From: a virus
Lineage: Duplodnaviria; Caudoviricetes
Direction: 5' to 3' (one strand)
Length of the DNA stretch: 35,449 nt
IMG/VR virus record: IMGVR_UViG_3300017766_002820
Location: 1 to 35,449 of that record
Shown here: positions 16,673-26,070 of the stretch, one piece after another
Position numbering within the stretch: the stretch's first letter is position 1
How the letters are laid out: each line of letters starts with the position of its first letter
Made by a program: the position numbers and the translations under genes
Notes under the pieces: generated by a model
Databases searched by the model: none
Told to the model about the DNA's origin: nothing
What the model saw: only the letters and a program-made list of their open reading frames with translations

Positions 16673-17086
16673 ATGTATTTAGATAACATTCAGAAATCTT
16701 TGGAGGAGATCAAAAACGCATACAAAACTCCTTCAGGCGGTATGCAAGACATTCTTCACTGGGTTCAAGATCTACTAGATAAAGAGTTATTGGATAAGAC
16801 CCCGACAGAGTTCTCTAGATTCGACTACCAAGGCAACTCAGTTGCGTATGCTTGCCCTTCAGGCGAATCAGGTTACGGTTATTTCTGGATATCAAACACA
16901 AAGTCAAACATGGAGTATTTTTATTTTATATCAGACGTACTCAGCGAACAGTATGGAATGGACATAACAGACGAAAATGTAAAACTTACAATCTTGGATC
17001 TTAAAGACTTGACAATCAACCTTGTCACGGAATTCTTCCAATTCAAGCTTTATTCAGAGCTTTCTTGCGAAGGCGCCGACCTCTGA
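16673..17086 (+). CDS. Hypothetical protein
   Basis: ORF track (TTG 16652 or ATG 16673). Confidence 0.65.
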   Translation: MYLDNIQKSLEEIKNAYKTPSGGMQDILHWVQDLLDKELLDKTPTEFSRFDYQGNSVAYACPSGESGYGYFWISNTKSNMEYFYFISDVLSEQYGMDITDENVKLTILDLKDLTINLVTEFFQFKLYSELSCEGADL

Positions 17087-17146
17087 GCAAGGATCCGAGT
17101 AATGGGCTAGTATGCTCCTTGTCATGACCCTTCACCTTTCTTGTAC

Positions 17147-17920
17147 ATGACTTTTCAATTTCTTCTCAACGGCACCCCTCTCGAACAGGGGGAGGCTGCC
17201 ACGCTGATCAAAACCGTTAGGAACAGCCGCTCCACCCCAACCATTGAGCTGAGCGAAGTCTTCGATATCTCGAAGCTCGATAGCAAAGCCCTGTTCGAGA
17301 TAGCGGTCACTATGGGATCGCAGGAGCTGGCATCGCTGGCTTGGAAGATCTCCGTCGGCAAACCGGCTAAGAAGATGAAGGCCGGTCGCCCGGCTATTCA
17401 GAAAACAGTCTGGGAAGGTCCAGAGGCTCTGATCGAAGAGCTCCATAAATCTCAGTCTTACTGGGCTGTGGGAGCAGCAATGATTCTGGACTACTTTTCT
17501 GAGCTCAATGACTGGAGCACTCTTCGGAAGATTGCCATCTTTTACGTAAACGATATCGACGCATCGAACAATAAAGTCCCGCACGATTCAATCCTGTATA
17601 AAGGATTTACGTGGTCCGAAGAGCTGGACAGGTTCGATCCATTAGTCTTACGGGCAGGGGTTGACCGCAAAGATACGTTCCACGTCAGTCCGATGTACTT
17701 GTCCCTCCGTGAGGGGATGAACTGGTGTATGAAGAACGGACTCGTAGAGCAGAAGTCGCAGATGTCGTACGGATCGTTAGACGGGGCGAGTGGCAACACG
17801 ATGCAGCGCGTGTATTACAACCTCCGACTGACGAAGCGGGGACAAGACGTCAGTCTCCTCTGGGCAGACTCGAACGAGTACATCCTTAACTTCTTTGCAT
17901 CGCGCCGTCAAGGTTCCTAA
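17147..17920 (+). CDS. Hypothetical protein with C-terminal winged-helix-like region
   Basis: ...WCMKNGLVEQ...VYYNLRLTKRG resembles the MarR/PadR-type wing; start ATG 17147 or TTG 17141. Confidence 0.6.
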   Translation: MTFQFLLNGTPLEQGEAATLIKTVRNSRSTPTIELSEVFDISKLDSKALFEIAVTMGSQELASLAWKISVGKPAKKMKAGRPAIQKTVWEGPEALIEELHKSQSYWAVGAAMILDYFSELNDWSTLRKIAIFYVNDIDASNNKVPHDSILYKGFTWSEELDRFDPLVLRAGVDRKDTFHVSPMYLSLREGMNWCMKNGLVEQKSQMSYGSLDGASGNTMQRVYYNLRLTKRGQDVSLLWADSNEYILNFFASRRQGS

Positions 17921-17949
17921 GCCCGCCTCTAGTAGCCAGAGTAGACTGC

Positions 17950-17978
17950 AAGCCTCGCTTCGGCGGGGCTTTTCATTT
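17950..17978 (+). terminator. Intrinsic terminator
   Basis: AAGCCTCGC-TTCG-GCGGGGCTT then TTCATTT; cUUCGg tetraloop. Confidence 0.75.
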
Positions 17979-17997
17979 CTCTATCATCATTCTCCTC

Positions 17998-19893
17998 ATG
18001 CAAGTCCGTTACATCCAAACAGCCGAACAGTTCAAGGAAGTTTTGCCCGAGTTAAAGCAGATTCCAAAAATGTGCTTGGACTGCGAAACAACGGGTTTGC
18101 AAGCAACGATCGCGAAACTCCGCTTACTGCAGCTCTGTGACGCCACGCCAGAGATCGAGGATCGTACCGTTTATGTCCTAGATCTATTTAAGTTCAAACC
18201 AAACGAGGAACTTAAGGAACTTATAGAGTCTCGCGCCATGTTGCTGGCGCACAACATGAACTTCGACTTCCAGTTTCTGCTATCGATCGGGATTGATTTT
18301 AAGAACAAGATCTTCGACACGTACGTCGCAGAGCGCGTCCTTCGCTCTGGCTTTAAAGAGAAACGGGTCAGTCCAAAATCTCAGACTACATACTTCACAG
18401 ACGTCAGCTGCAGCTTGAAAGCTGTGGCGGAACGTAGGCTCGAAATTGAAATCAGTAAGGAGCAGCAGAAGTCTGACTGGGGCGCTGAAGAACTCGACAT
18501 CGAACAAATAGAGTACGCCGCAGGAGACGTCGATATCCTTCCACGCATCGCAGCATCGCAGTTAGCAGAACTAAAGGAGGAGAACCTTTTACCCGTCTAT
18601 GGGCTCGAATCCAAGTGCGTCCGCCCCGTGGCAATGATGAGCTACAAAGGATTCTGTGTCGATTTGACTAAGTTAAACAAGCTCAAAGCATCTATTGAAG
18701 AAGAGCTGGAACATAAGACCGAACAGTTCGTTAAGTCACTGGACGATAGACTTCCGACAGATCTGAAACTTCCTCGGGGAATTGATGGAAAGGTCGCAGT
18801 CGGTAAGAGACCGAAAAAGGATTTTAATCCTGGATCCACGACGCAGGTTATCTCTGCCTTTACTGCTTGCGATATCGAGCTGCCTAGAGACGCCAAGACG
18901 GAGAAGAAAACCCTCAACCAAATCGCTCTCGCAGAGTTCGATAGCGACGACCCCACGCTGAACCTCTACAGGCAGCGGGTAAAAGTGGAGACAAAACTAG
19001 AACACATCACCAAGCTGCTAGAAAATGTAAATCCCGTAACGCTCCGTATTCACTCTGGTTACAACCAAACAGGCGCAAACTCAGGGCGCTTCACAAGCAA
19101 CGGTGCTCCGAAGACAGCTAAAAGGGAAAAGAAAACAGTTTTTGCAGTCAACATCCAGCAAGTTCCAAGAGGTAAAGAATTCAGGGAGTGCTTCATCGCG
19201 GAGCCGGGATTCAAGCTGGTGATCTGCGACTGGGCTCAGATCGAGCTGCGACTCGGTGCGGAACTGATCAACATCCCTCAGATGCGGCAGGCATTTAAAG
19301 ATGACATTGATTTACACACAATGACTGCTAGTCTTATCTACAGGAAGGACTTACACGAAGTGTCTAAAGATGAACGACAAGATGGAAAGACTCTGAACTT
19401 CGCATTGCTCTACGGAATGGGCTACAGAAAATACAAGACATATGCAGCACAGAGTGGGAAGATGCTTTCTCTGTCAGAAGCGAAAGTCGCACACGCGGCC
19501 TTCCATACTGCATACCCACGCCTGCGCATGTGGCACCGGGAGAGGGCGGCTCTGGTAGAGGACGGCTGGGCTTATGTACGTACAGCGTGCGGACGGCGCA
19601 GGCTTCTGAGTTATGACGATGCGACAATGATGTGCTCAGCCAACACCCTGATCCAGGGCAGCGGCGCAGACATCCTGAAGATCGCCATCGCAGATCTGAA
19701 CGAACACTTAGATGAAAATGTGCGAATGGTCGCGTGTGTGCACGACGAAATTGTGCTGGAAGTAAGAGAGGATCTTGCTAATAAATACAAGGAGGTGCTG
19801 GAAACCGCCATGATCCAAGCAGCTCAAAAAGTGTTAACATCTGTCCCAGCATCAGCAGATGCGAATGTTGGTGATTCATGGGCCGCTAAATGA
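17998..19893 (+). CDS. polA: Family A DNA polymerase (3'-5' exonuclease + polymerase, no 5'-3' exonuclease)
   Basis: Exo motifs DCETTG, HNMNFD, YAAGD; SGRFTS, NIQQVPR; motif A DWAQIELR, motif B KTLNFALLYG, motif C VHDE. Confidence 0.97.
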   Translation: MQVRYIQTAEQFKEVLPELKQIPKMCLDCETTGLQATIAKLRLLQLCDATPEIEDRTVYVLDLFKFKPNEELKELIESRAMLLAHNMNFDFQFLLSIGIDFKNKIFDTYVAERVLRSGFKEKRVSPKSQTTYFTDVSCSLKAVAERRLEIEISKEQQKSDWGAEELDIEQIEYAAGDVDILPRIAASQLAELKEENLLPVYGLESKCVRPVAMMSYKGFCVDLTKLNKLKASIEEELEHKTEQFVKSLDDRLPTDLKLPRGIDGKVAVGKRPKKDFNPGSTTQVISAFTACDIELPRDAKTEKKTLNQIALAEFDSDDPTLNLYRQRVKVETKLEHITKLLENVNPVTLRIHSGYNQTGANSGRFTSNGAPKTAKREKKTVFAVNIQQVPRGKEFRECFIAEPGFKLVICDWAQIELRLGAELINIPQMRQAFKDDIDLHTMTASLIYRKDLHEVSKDERQDGKTLNFALLYGMGYRKYKTYAAQSGKMLSLSEAKVAHAAFHTAYPRLRMWHRERAALVEDGWAYVRTACGRRRLLSYDDATMMCSANTLIQGSGADILKIAIADLNEHLDENVRMVACVHDEIVLEVREDLANKYKEVLETAMIQAAQKVLTSVPASADANVGDSWAAK

Positions 19894-20390
19894 GTGAACT
19901 AGTTAAAATCGAAAAAACAGCAGAAAAAGAGGTCTTTGCTATTAAGTTAGGAAAGACCTACGTGGCGGTTGTTAATGCAGATGATGGACTTTATTTCCTC
20001 CCGTCCCTATACGAGTCACCCCTTGTAGCGTGCAACGCAGCCAGAGCAGAGAAACGAAAAAACAGCATCACGCTGAACGTTAAGAAAAAAGTAAATAGTG
20101 CGCAATCTAAGAAAAGCACTAAGATAGCGAAGGTAAATTCCCTCTACACCGAGGAGGAGATGTCCTCGCGCCCGTATTTAAAGTTCCGAGAGGTCTGGGT
20201 GATCCTGAACCCACGCGGGGAGTTTGTCGAAAACGCCATCCAGGGCGAGACCCTGGTCATGTACAACGGTAAGAAAGAAAAAGCAGAGGTTTTTAAGAGC
20301 TACGAAGAAGCTCTGTGCACAATGAAGACTTTAGATATGGTTGTTCGCAAGGGGCATTACCTTCGAAGATTTTTCGAAGAAATGAAATGA
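19890..20390 (+). CDS. Hypothetical protein (166 aa)
   Basis: ATGA overlap with polA. Confidence 0.7.
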   Translation: MSELVKIEKTAEKEVFAIKLGKTYVAVVNADDGLYFLPSLYESPLVACNAARAEKRKNSITLNVKKKVNSAQSKKSTKIAKVNSLYTEEEMSSRPYLKFREVWVILNPRGEFVENAIQGETLVMYNGKKEKAEVFKSYEEALCTMKTLDMVVRKGHYLRRFFEEMK

Positions 20391-20468
20391 AAGCACACCG
20401 ACTAAACAGTGAGTACGTGATTTAGTGATCGAAAACTTGCTACGATCATAGGAGATAGATTTAGTCGC

Positions 20469-21527
20469 GTGGCTGTTCGGCGTCGTCCTTCGTACGGTTT
20501 TTCGTTAGCCGGAACATCTTTCGGCGTTAGCCCCGAAGTGGGTGTTTCGAAGAGCACGCTGGCACAATTATTTCCCGAGCTGGATCTAGGGACACTGACC
20601 CCCAGCACAAAACCAGAAGAAGTAGAAAAACCAGCGGAAGGGACTCCTTCAACCACGGGCACTGGTGTGACCTCGGTTAGCCCGGATGAAACCATCCCCG
20701 GATCCGAGTTTCAGAAATATAATCTTGAAGGTAAATTAACTTACGGCGCACCTTTTAACATCCAGTTTGGCCCTACTGGCCCGCAGGGACGAGGCAGCCG
20801 TCTCGGCTATTCCGGTAGTGCGCCGACTCAAACTCCGACTACGCCGACACAAGTAGGAGCTACTTCACAGTCCTCAGTAGGACTTCCGCAATACAGAATG
20901 CCAGAATTCGAAATGTCGGAATCCGAAATGTCGGAATCCGAAATGTCGGAATTTGGCTATTCGCCATTTGGAAGTCTGCTTAAACAAGGTCGCGATATCC
21001 TGAAAAGCATCCAGGAAGCAGCCCTAGGGATGACCCGCCCACAACAAATGGAAACCGCTCCAACGGAACAAGCTCCGGCAGCAGCGACGACCGCTCCCAC
21101 AGAGGGTCCGACTGCTACGACTCCCGTCCGTTTGCAGGTTAAGCAGGCTGCCGAAGCATACGGAGAGGAATCAGTTCTCGGTAAGACGGGGGCAAAAAAT
21201 CTTCTGTCGCAAGGCGTCGACCCGACCCAGATCGAGAAGCAAGCTCGTGCTGCTGGTGTGTCACTCGGCAATAAGGCACAGAGCGCTGTCGACCGTGCAC
21301 AAGTTCAAGCGATTGCGCAGGCTCCCACAGGGCTCAAGACTCAAGTTCAACAAGTCGCACAAGCTACTGATGCCGGAAGAATCACTAAAGCTGGCGCTAA
21401 GTCCCTGCTTTCCAGTGGTGCAAGTGCTGCGAGGATCGAACGAATCGCAGAAAAGCAGGGAATCGACATCGGTAAGCAAGCTCAGCAATTAATCAATAAG
21501 GCGCAAGACAAAAAAGGTAAGAAGTGA
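20469..21527 (+). CDS. Low-complexity P/T/S/A/Q-rich protein with a duplicated C-terminal helical repeat
   Basis: 352-aa ORF; TG-c-TACGAT -10 upstream; two ~40-aa repeats (K.GAK.LLS.G...IE..A...G...G..AQ). Confidence 0.75.
   Translation: MAVRRRPSYGFSLAGTSFGVSPEVGVSKSTLAQLFPELDLGTLTPSTKPEEVEKPAEGTPSTTGTGVTSVSPDETIPGSEFQKYNLEGKLTYGAPFNIQFGPTGPQGRGSRLGYSGSAPTQTPTTPTQVGATSQSSVGLPQYRMPEFEMSESEMSESEMSEFGYSPFGSLLKQGRDILKSIQEAALGMTRPQQMETAPTEQAPAAATTAPTEGPTATTPVRLQVKQAAEAYGEESVLGKTGAKNLLSQGVDPTQIEKQARAAGVSLGNKAQSAVDRAQVQAIAQAPTGLKTQVQQVAQATDAGRITKAGAKSLLSSGASAARIERIAEKQGIDIGKQAQQLINKAQDKKGKK
20910..20954 (+). repeat. 15-bp tandem repeat x3 (EMSES)
   Basis: GAAATGTCGGAATCC x2 plus GAAATGTCGGAATTT, in frame. 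Confidence 0.9.
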
Positions 21528-22057
21528 ATCAATACTCAATTAAACTTGAACGTAACGACAAAAAGTTAGTCCTTGCCGTCCAGTCCAACGACACAGCTCA
21601 CGTCCAAGCTCAGGCTGTAGACATTTGTAGAGCTGTAGACGCTACACAATATTCTATAAGCTACGAACAAATTGAAGAGTCTGTTTTAGCTAAACTATTC
21701 CGCAACCTAGCTTTCAACAACTTCGAGTACACGAAGTGTTCTGAGTGGGAAGGATCGTTCTCAAATAAGCAACCGTGCTTCTACGTATTAGGAAAACGAG
21801 TATACGTCCGTTACTCGTTTCTCTTATATCTGGACATCCCTAAAGACAACTGTTATCCAAAGCCACGCTGCGGGAACCCAAACTGCATCAACCCGTTGCA
21901 CTTTGATTACAAAACGGCAAAGCACTCCAAGCTATCTCCAGGTGATATCGAGATCCTCAAAGCACAACGACGGGAAGGTGCAAGCGTAATCCAAATCGCC
22001 AAAATTTTAAATGTACACAGAGCAACAATCTACAGGCATTTACAGGAAGTAGCCTGA
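21524..22057 (+). CDS. Degenerate HNH (His-Cys box-like) domain fused to a C-terminal HTH
   Basis: C.EW.G ... CGNPNCINPLH; GASVIQIAKILNVHRATIYRHL is a Hin/resolvase-type HTH. Confidence 0.75.
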   Translation: MNQYSIKLERNDKKLVLAVQSNDTAHVQAQAVDICRAVDATQYSISYEQIEESVLAKLFRNLAFNNFEYTKCSEWEGSFSNKQPCFYVLGKRVYVRYSFLLYLDIPKDNCYPKPRCGNPNCINPLHFDYKTAKHSKLSPGDIEILKAQRREGASVIQIAKILNVHRATIYRHLQEVA

Positions 22058-22135
22058 TTTGATCGCCAAACCGGCCCGGCGCTGGTACCATAGTGCGGTT
22101 CGACTGAGGTCGGACACCCAAACCAAACCGGAACA

Positions 22136-22780
22136 ATGAACGTTTTTATCCTCGGCCTTCGGGTCACAGCGAGCGCCGCTGAAGACGAAGGAACTGTAAA
22201 TGTGCTGGCAGAGTCGCTGCCCTCTAACGAAAAACGTGTTGCAACGAAAGTTCAACTCCTACAAAAAGCTGACCACTACGTCGGTAACCTCCTGAAAAAA
22301 TTTGAAGAAGGTCAAACCGTCCTGGCGCTTGGTCCCACGCGGCCTACTCCTGACGGTGTGCTGCAGATGCAGCCCATGCTCGTGGTGACTGAGGAGAACT
22401 TCCAAGATCTCCTGGCAATCAACCTCTTCATCGCGACCGGTGGCTTGGGTCCCAAAGCTGAGGAGATGGAAATTGGCGACAACACCGTCACCAACAGATC
22501 TCTCGCATGGCAGACCGAAGACCAAGAAACTGCATGGATGAAGCTTTCCGCATGGGGTGGGCTTTCCGCACAACTCGCTGAGCTGGCTCCCGGAACCCCG
22601 ACGATTGGCGTCGGTAAAGTCTCGACCTCCGAAAAGGACGACAAGTCTTACCTCAACTACAATCTGGATAAGGTTCTTTACCTGCCTAAGGCTTCACGTA
22701 AAGCGCCTGTCAAAGCAGCCGACCCTGAAAAAGGCAAGGTTGCTGCTGCTGCTCTCGGTTCAATCGATTTTTCCCTCTGA
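22136..22780 (+). CDS. ssb: Single-stranded DNA-binding protein, probably tandem OB folds
   Basis: Second half N.FIATGGLG...ETAWMKLSAWG..SAQLAELAPG....VGKV follows the SSB pattern; first half is a more divergent similar unit. Confidence 0.7.
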   Translation: MNVFILGLRVTASAAEDEGTVNVLAESLPSNEKRVATKVQLLQKADHYVGNLLKKFEEGQTVLALGPTRPTPDGVLQMQPMLVVTEENFQDLLAINLFIATGGLGPKAEEMEIGDNTVTNRSLAWQTEDQETAWMKLSAWGGLSAQLAELAPGTPTIGVGKVSTSEKDDKSYLNYNLDKVLYLPKASRKAPVKAADPEKGKVAAAALGSIDFSL

Positions 22781-22792
22781 TTTCTGCTGATC

Positions 22793-23581
22793 ATGTTTAT
22801 CGCTGGTGACTTTTCGGAATCCGAAATTCTCTGCAACATTCCGCCTCACACTCTACGCATTGATCTTCAAGCTCGTCGCTGGAAGTCTGACGTTGATCCC
22901 GACAACGCAATCGTAGATCGAAACGACAACGGTATCCCGATTGAATTCATTCTCATCGGATTCACCCCGTACTTTGGAAACCTGGGTATGCGCAATCAGG
23001 AGGAATTCCTTCGTATCGCGTACATCGGTGTATCCCCTCACCACAGGTTGCTGCCTCCTCGGTGTGTCACGACTTCGATGATCTCTGGTAAATCCAGCCA
23101 AAAGAACTTCATCGCTTATTTCCAAACCCTGTATAACAACCGCATTAACTGTGCGTCTGTTGTCACTTCAACCAAGTTCGTGACCCGCTCATTTAACGAG
23201 CGTGATCCGATGACCGGTGCCGACGGGGCGAAGATCAACTTCAACTGCCTGGACTTCAGCGATCGTCCTGCTCAGAACGACGATGAGGAAAAGCTTCTCA
23301 AAGACGTGTCGGAGTGGCTGGCCAAAGACGGAACAGGCATGGCGGCGAACGCACTCAAGAGCAGCATCCCCGGCGCTGATCTGATCGAGCTTCCTCTGGG
23401 CAGTGATCACGCTGCACTCAAAGCTGATTTCGCGTCCACGCGGGGTCAAGCTCCTGAGCGGACGTTTGCTGCACCCGAACCCGAAGCCAAGGCTCTGAAA
23501 TCTGCCGAACCACCTTCTCCTAAAGCGAAGAAGGTAGAACTAACCGAAGAGCAAGCAAAAGCACTCGGGATTGATTTCTGA
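22793..23581 (+). CDS. Hypothetical protein, possibly ssDNA-binding/recombination
   Basis: 262-aa beta-rich ORF after ssb, with a disordered tail ending GIDF. Confidence 0.65.
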   Translation: MFIAGDFSESEILCNIPPHTLRIDLQARRWKSDVDPDNAIVDRNDNGIPIEFILIGFTPYFGNLGMRNQEEFLRIAYIGVSPHHRLLPPRCVTTSMISGKSSQKNFIAYFQTLYNNRINCASVVTSTKFVTRSFNERDPMTGADGAKINFNCLDFSDRPAQNDDEEKLLKDVSEWLAKDGTGMAANALKSSIPGADLIELPLGSDHAALKADFASTRGQAPERTFAAPEPEAKALKSAEPPSPKAKKVELTEEQAKALGIDF

Positions 23582-23606
23582 GCTAACGTAAAACTTAAGC
23601 CAAGGC

Positions 23607-23636
23607 AGCGGTCTTTTTCGAAAGGCCGCTTTTATT
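23607..23636 (+). terminator. Intrinsic terminator
   Basis: AGCGGTCTTT-TTCG-AAAGGCCGCT followed by TTTATT. Confidence 0.75.
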
Positions 23637-24026
23637 ATGTACCTAACCTGCATCTCAACAAAAATAAAGCAAGATGGTGAGTGGGTAAGCCTCTTTGTAG
23701 AGGATGTAGGTTTTGCCTACAACGTTGGTCTCGCGATTCACAAGTCGAAACGTGCGGCGAATGATTGGTATCGAAACCGCAAGAACAAAAGAGCTCGCTC
23801 AGTCCTTACTAAGCAGGGACCCCGCTCACTGGCTGCCTTACGTACAGCGCTGGAGATACTAAAGATTCACTTAGAAGTTACGAACGCCAAACCTCTCATG
23901 ATTATGCCTCGTACGGAGCGGACCGCTGCCTTAGCTAAATATCTCAAGCGGCTGGGGTTTCAGGAGTATCCACAGGGTGAGCAACCTCTCTACTTGCTAA
24001 CAACTCATCAAAAGCAGGAAGAGTGA
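23637..24026 (+). CDS. Hypothetical basic protein (129 aa)
   Basis: ORF track; VGLAIHKSKR..NDWY..RKNKR motif; ends YLKRLGF. Confidence 0.65.
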   Translation: MYLTCISTKIKQDGEWVSLFVEDVGFAYNVGLAIHKSKRAANDWYRNRKNKRARSVLTKQGPRSLAALRTALEILKIHLEVTNAKPLMIMPRTERTAALAKYLKRLGFQEYPQGEQPLYLLTTHQKQEE

Positions 24027-24201
24027 CTTGATTGCGAGCGCACCATGAGGCGAGGCAGGAAAACAAACGTTTGTTGATGAGGGATTGTTTATGGACCATT
24101 TCAAAAATTTGAAGTAATCCGTCTCTATCTAACTTCTTCGCGTCCATCATCACTCGATTATGTAAAAACTCCTGTTCTTGACTCATCCAGTCGAGTTGCA
24201 T
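23944..24201 (-). CDS. Hypothetical protein (85 aa)
   Basis: ORF track; helical; fills the gap but overlaps the convergent gene by 83 nt. Confidence 0.6.
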   Translation of the reverse strand: MQLDWMSQEQEFLHNRVMMDAKKLDRDGLLQIFEMVHKQSLINKRLFSCLASWCARNQVTLPAFDELLASREVAHPVDTPETPAA

Positions 24202-24290
24202 ACCGAGACAGCAGCTTTCTCAACGTTAATCACAGAAGCGGTCAAAGACCAACCCATTTGCTAAGCTCCACACATTCTTCCGTTTTACGC

Positions 24291-24845
24291 ATGGCATCGT
24301 TTTACACAATCCCTGAAGGCGTGACGCATCAACTGATCAAGAACAGCTACATCCAAGGCTCAGTTCTAGTCCCATATGATCCAAACGATACGCTCAGCGA
24401 TCAGCTGCGAGCTCACAATCTTACAGTTACAACTAACAAAGACAGCGATAACTTAGTAAACCCGATTTGGTGGACAACCATGCGGAACAAACAATACGAC
24501 TGGGTTATCGCAAATACAACCGGACTTAATGAATACAGTGAGTACATACTTGACTACGGGATTCAGATCGCACGGGAAGGAATTGCCGTCTTAGATCGTT
24601 TGTCGTTTATAGAACCTGTGGCTAAGCGCCGAAGCTTCTTGCTCTCGAACAAGATGTCGAACATGATCGTCCTGTCGCCACGGCCGCGTTTCAGTTCTGT
24701 CAGCGCGTCTCGCGATTCCGTCACGAGCTGCTGGTTCGTTTTTCAGCGACCGGACAAGTGGATGGACGGCACTCACGTGTCATACGCTGTAAATTGGGAC
24801 GCAGCTCAAACGCTCCCTCCCCTCGATGACATCGCAATCAAGTAA
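24291..24845 (+). CDS. Phage DNA adenine methyltransferase homolog with degenerate catalytic motifs
   Basis: FY..P, DWVI.N, RLSFIEP..R and PR..F..DSVT..WFV framework kept; EPCAG-type motif reads VPYDP and NPPF reads NTTG. Confidence 0.65.
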   Translation: MASFYTIPEGVTHQLIKNSYIQGSVLVPYDPNDTLSDQLRAHNLTVTTNKDSDNLVNPIWWTTMRNKQYDWVIANTTGLNEYSEYILDYGIQIAREGIAVLDRLSFIEPVAKRRSFLLSNKMSNMIVLSPRPRFSSVSASRDSVTSCWFVFQRPDKWMDGTHVSYAVNWDAAQTLPPLDDIAIK

Positions 24846-25182
24846 ACTTGAAAAGTTCCAGCGTGCTGTGTGCGATAGGTTAGACAAGACGAATGAAAAA
24901 CTCGATCGGGTTATTGCCTTACTGGTATCAGCACAGCTCCTTGAAGAGTGCATCTCCCCTGAAGGAGAGATCCGAGATGCCCAGCAGTGCGCGGAGATTG
25001 TTGTTGAAAGTTTTTCAGCAGGTCTTTGTCTCACCGAAGAGTTGACAAGCCGCACTAAAGATATCGAATACCAGAAGTCCGAGTTTTTTGTAGACGAGGA
25101 CGAAGATGAGGCAGAGGAAGATGATGATAGTGATGACGACGATGGTCCCGAGGAGCCTCGACTTTTCTCGATGGCATTCTGA
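24826..25182 (+). CDS. Hypothetical protein with a highly acidic C-terminus
   Basis: DEDEDEAEEDDDSDDDD tail. Confidence 0.7.
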   Translation: MTSQSSKLEKFQRAVCDRLDKTNEKLDRVIALLVSAQLLEECISPEGEIRDAQQCAEIVVESFSAGLCLTEELTSRTKDIEYQKSEFFVDEDEDEAEEDDDSDDDDGPEEPRLFSMAF

Positions 25183-25221
25183 TTTAATCGACTAAGATGT
25201 GTCCAAGTTGACACATTCAAC

Positions 25222-25998
25222 GTGTCCCAAACACGACTTACTCTCAACGGATTACGTCATTACAGATGTGATGGTGTTAATGTTCCGCTTCCATCCGTAA
25301 CAAGCGTCCTTTCTGCCACGCAGACCGAGGAAACACGTAAGAAGCTAGCGCATTGGAATCTGGCTAACCCCGGTGCTGCTGATATGGCAGCAGAGAGGGG
25401 GACGTGGATCCACAACAGCGTTGAGAATCACATCAGGGGGTTGATGGTAAGCCCCCCGCCTCAATACGCTCCATATTGGAAGGATGTACCAGAAAAAGTA
25501 GACGAACTGCTAGAGAATGGTCGCGTTCTATGGAGCGAAAAACCATATAACAAGCCGGAATGGCATAAGTATGTCGGTGATGACGGTGTGGGTCGTCTTC
25601 ACTTTTACGATCCGATCAAAGCTCAGGGGTACGCCGGGTGCCCTGACATCATCTACCAGGACGGAAACGGCGAATTAATCCTGGGTGACTTCAAGACCAG
25701 TAACGGTCCGTACAGTTATAAATTCCCCAGCGCCAAAGTCCAGATGGAGGAAAAACTCCGAAAGGCGCTCGTCTCCGGAGTATTTAAATTAAAGAAAACC
25801 AAACTGCAACTAGCTGCTTACGCAATCGCAGCCGAAACTTGCTTAGGAATAACAATCAACAAGACGCAGATTATTGTAAGTACAGCAATTCCTGAATTCT
25901 CTGTTCAGGTATTCACTTTCGGCCCAGAAGATTTGAAAAAAGATAAACAGATGTGGTTTGAAGTCTTACGTAAGTTTTATGAGACTCAGCTTGCGTAG
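25222..25998 (+). CDS. PD-(D/E)XK family exonuclease
   Basis: PSVTSVL, RGT.IH, SE, G.PD, DFKTS and QLAAY motifs. Confidence 0.88.
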   Translation: MSQTRLTLNGLRHYRCDGVNVPLPSVTSVLSATQTEETRKKLAHWNLANPGAADMAAERGTWIHNSVENHIRGLMVSPPPQYAPYWKDVPEKVDELLENGRVLWSEKPYNKPEWHKYVGDDGVGRLHFYDPIKAQGYAGCPDIIYQDGNGELILGDFKTSNGPYSYKFPSAKVQMEEKLRKALVSGVFKLKKTKLQLAAYAIAAETCLGITINKTQIIVSTAIPEFSVQVFTFGPEDLKKDKQMWFEVLRKFYETQLA

Positions 25999-26070
25999 GC
26001 TCGGGTTTTTTAATTAAAGCCCCACATCCACGCGAGGATCCGTGGCACAATGGCTCTGCGCAGAGGGACC

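Noticed and set aside
17950-17978. Fifth member of the GC-TTC-GC hairpin family
   Set aside because: Loop is the cUUCGg tetraloop with a U tract, i.e. a normal terminator.
20910-20954. Tandem repeat as a mini-CRISPR or origin iterons
   Set aside because: No spacers; in-frame coding repeat.
23944-24026. 83-nt convergent overlap as an antisense or toxin-antitoxin system
   Set aside because: No supporting motifs; 3' overlaps are common in compact phage genomes.
25222-25998. Cas4 / CRISPR association
   Set aside because: Lacks the four-Cys Fe-S pattern; an ordinary phage PD-(D/E)XK exonuclease in a replication context.
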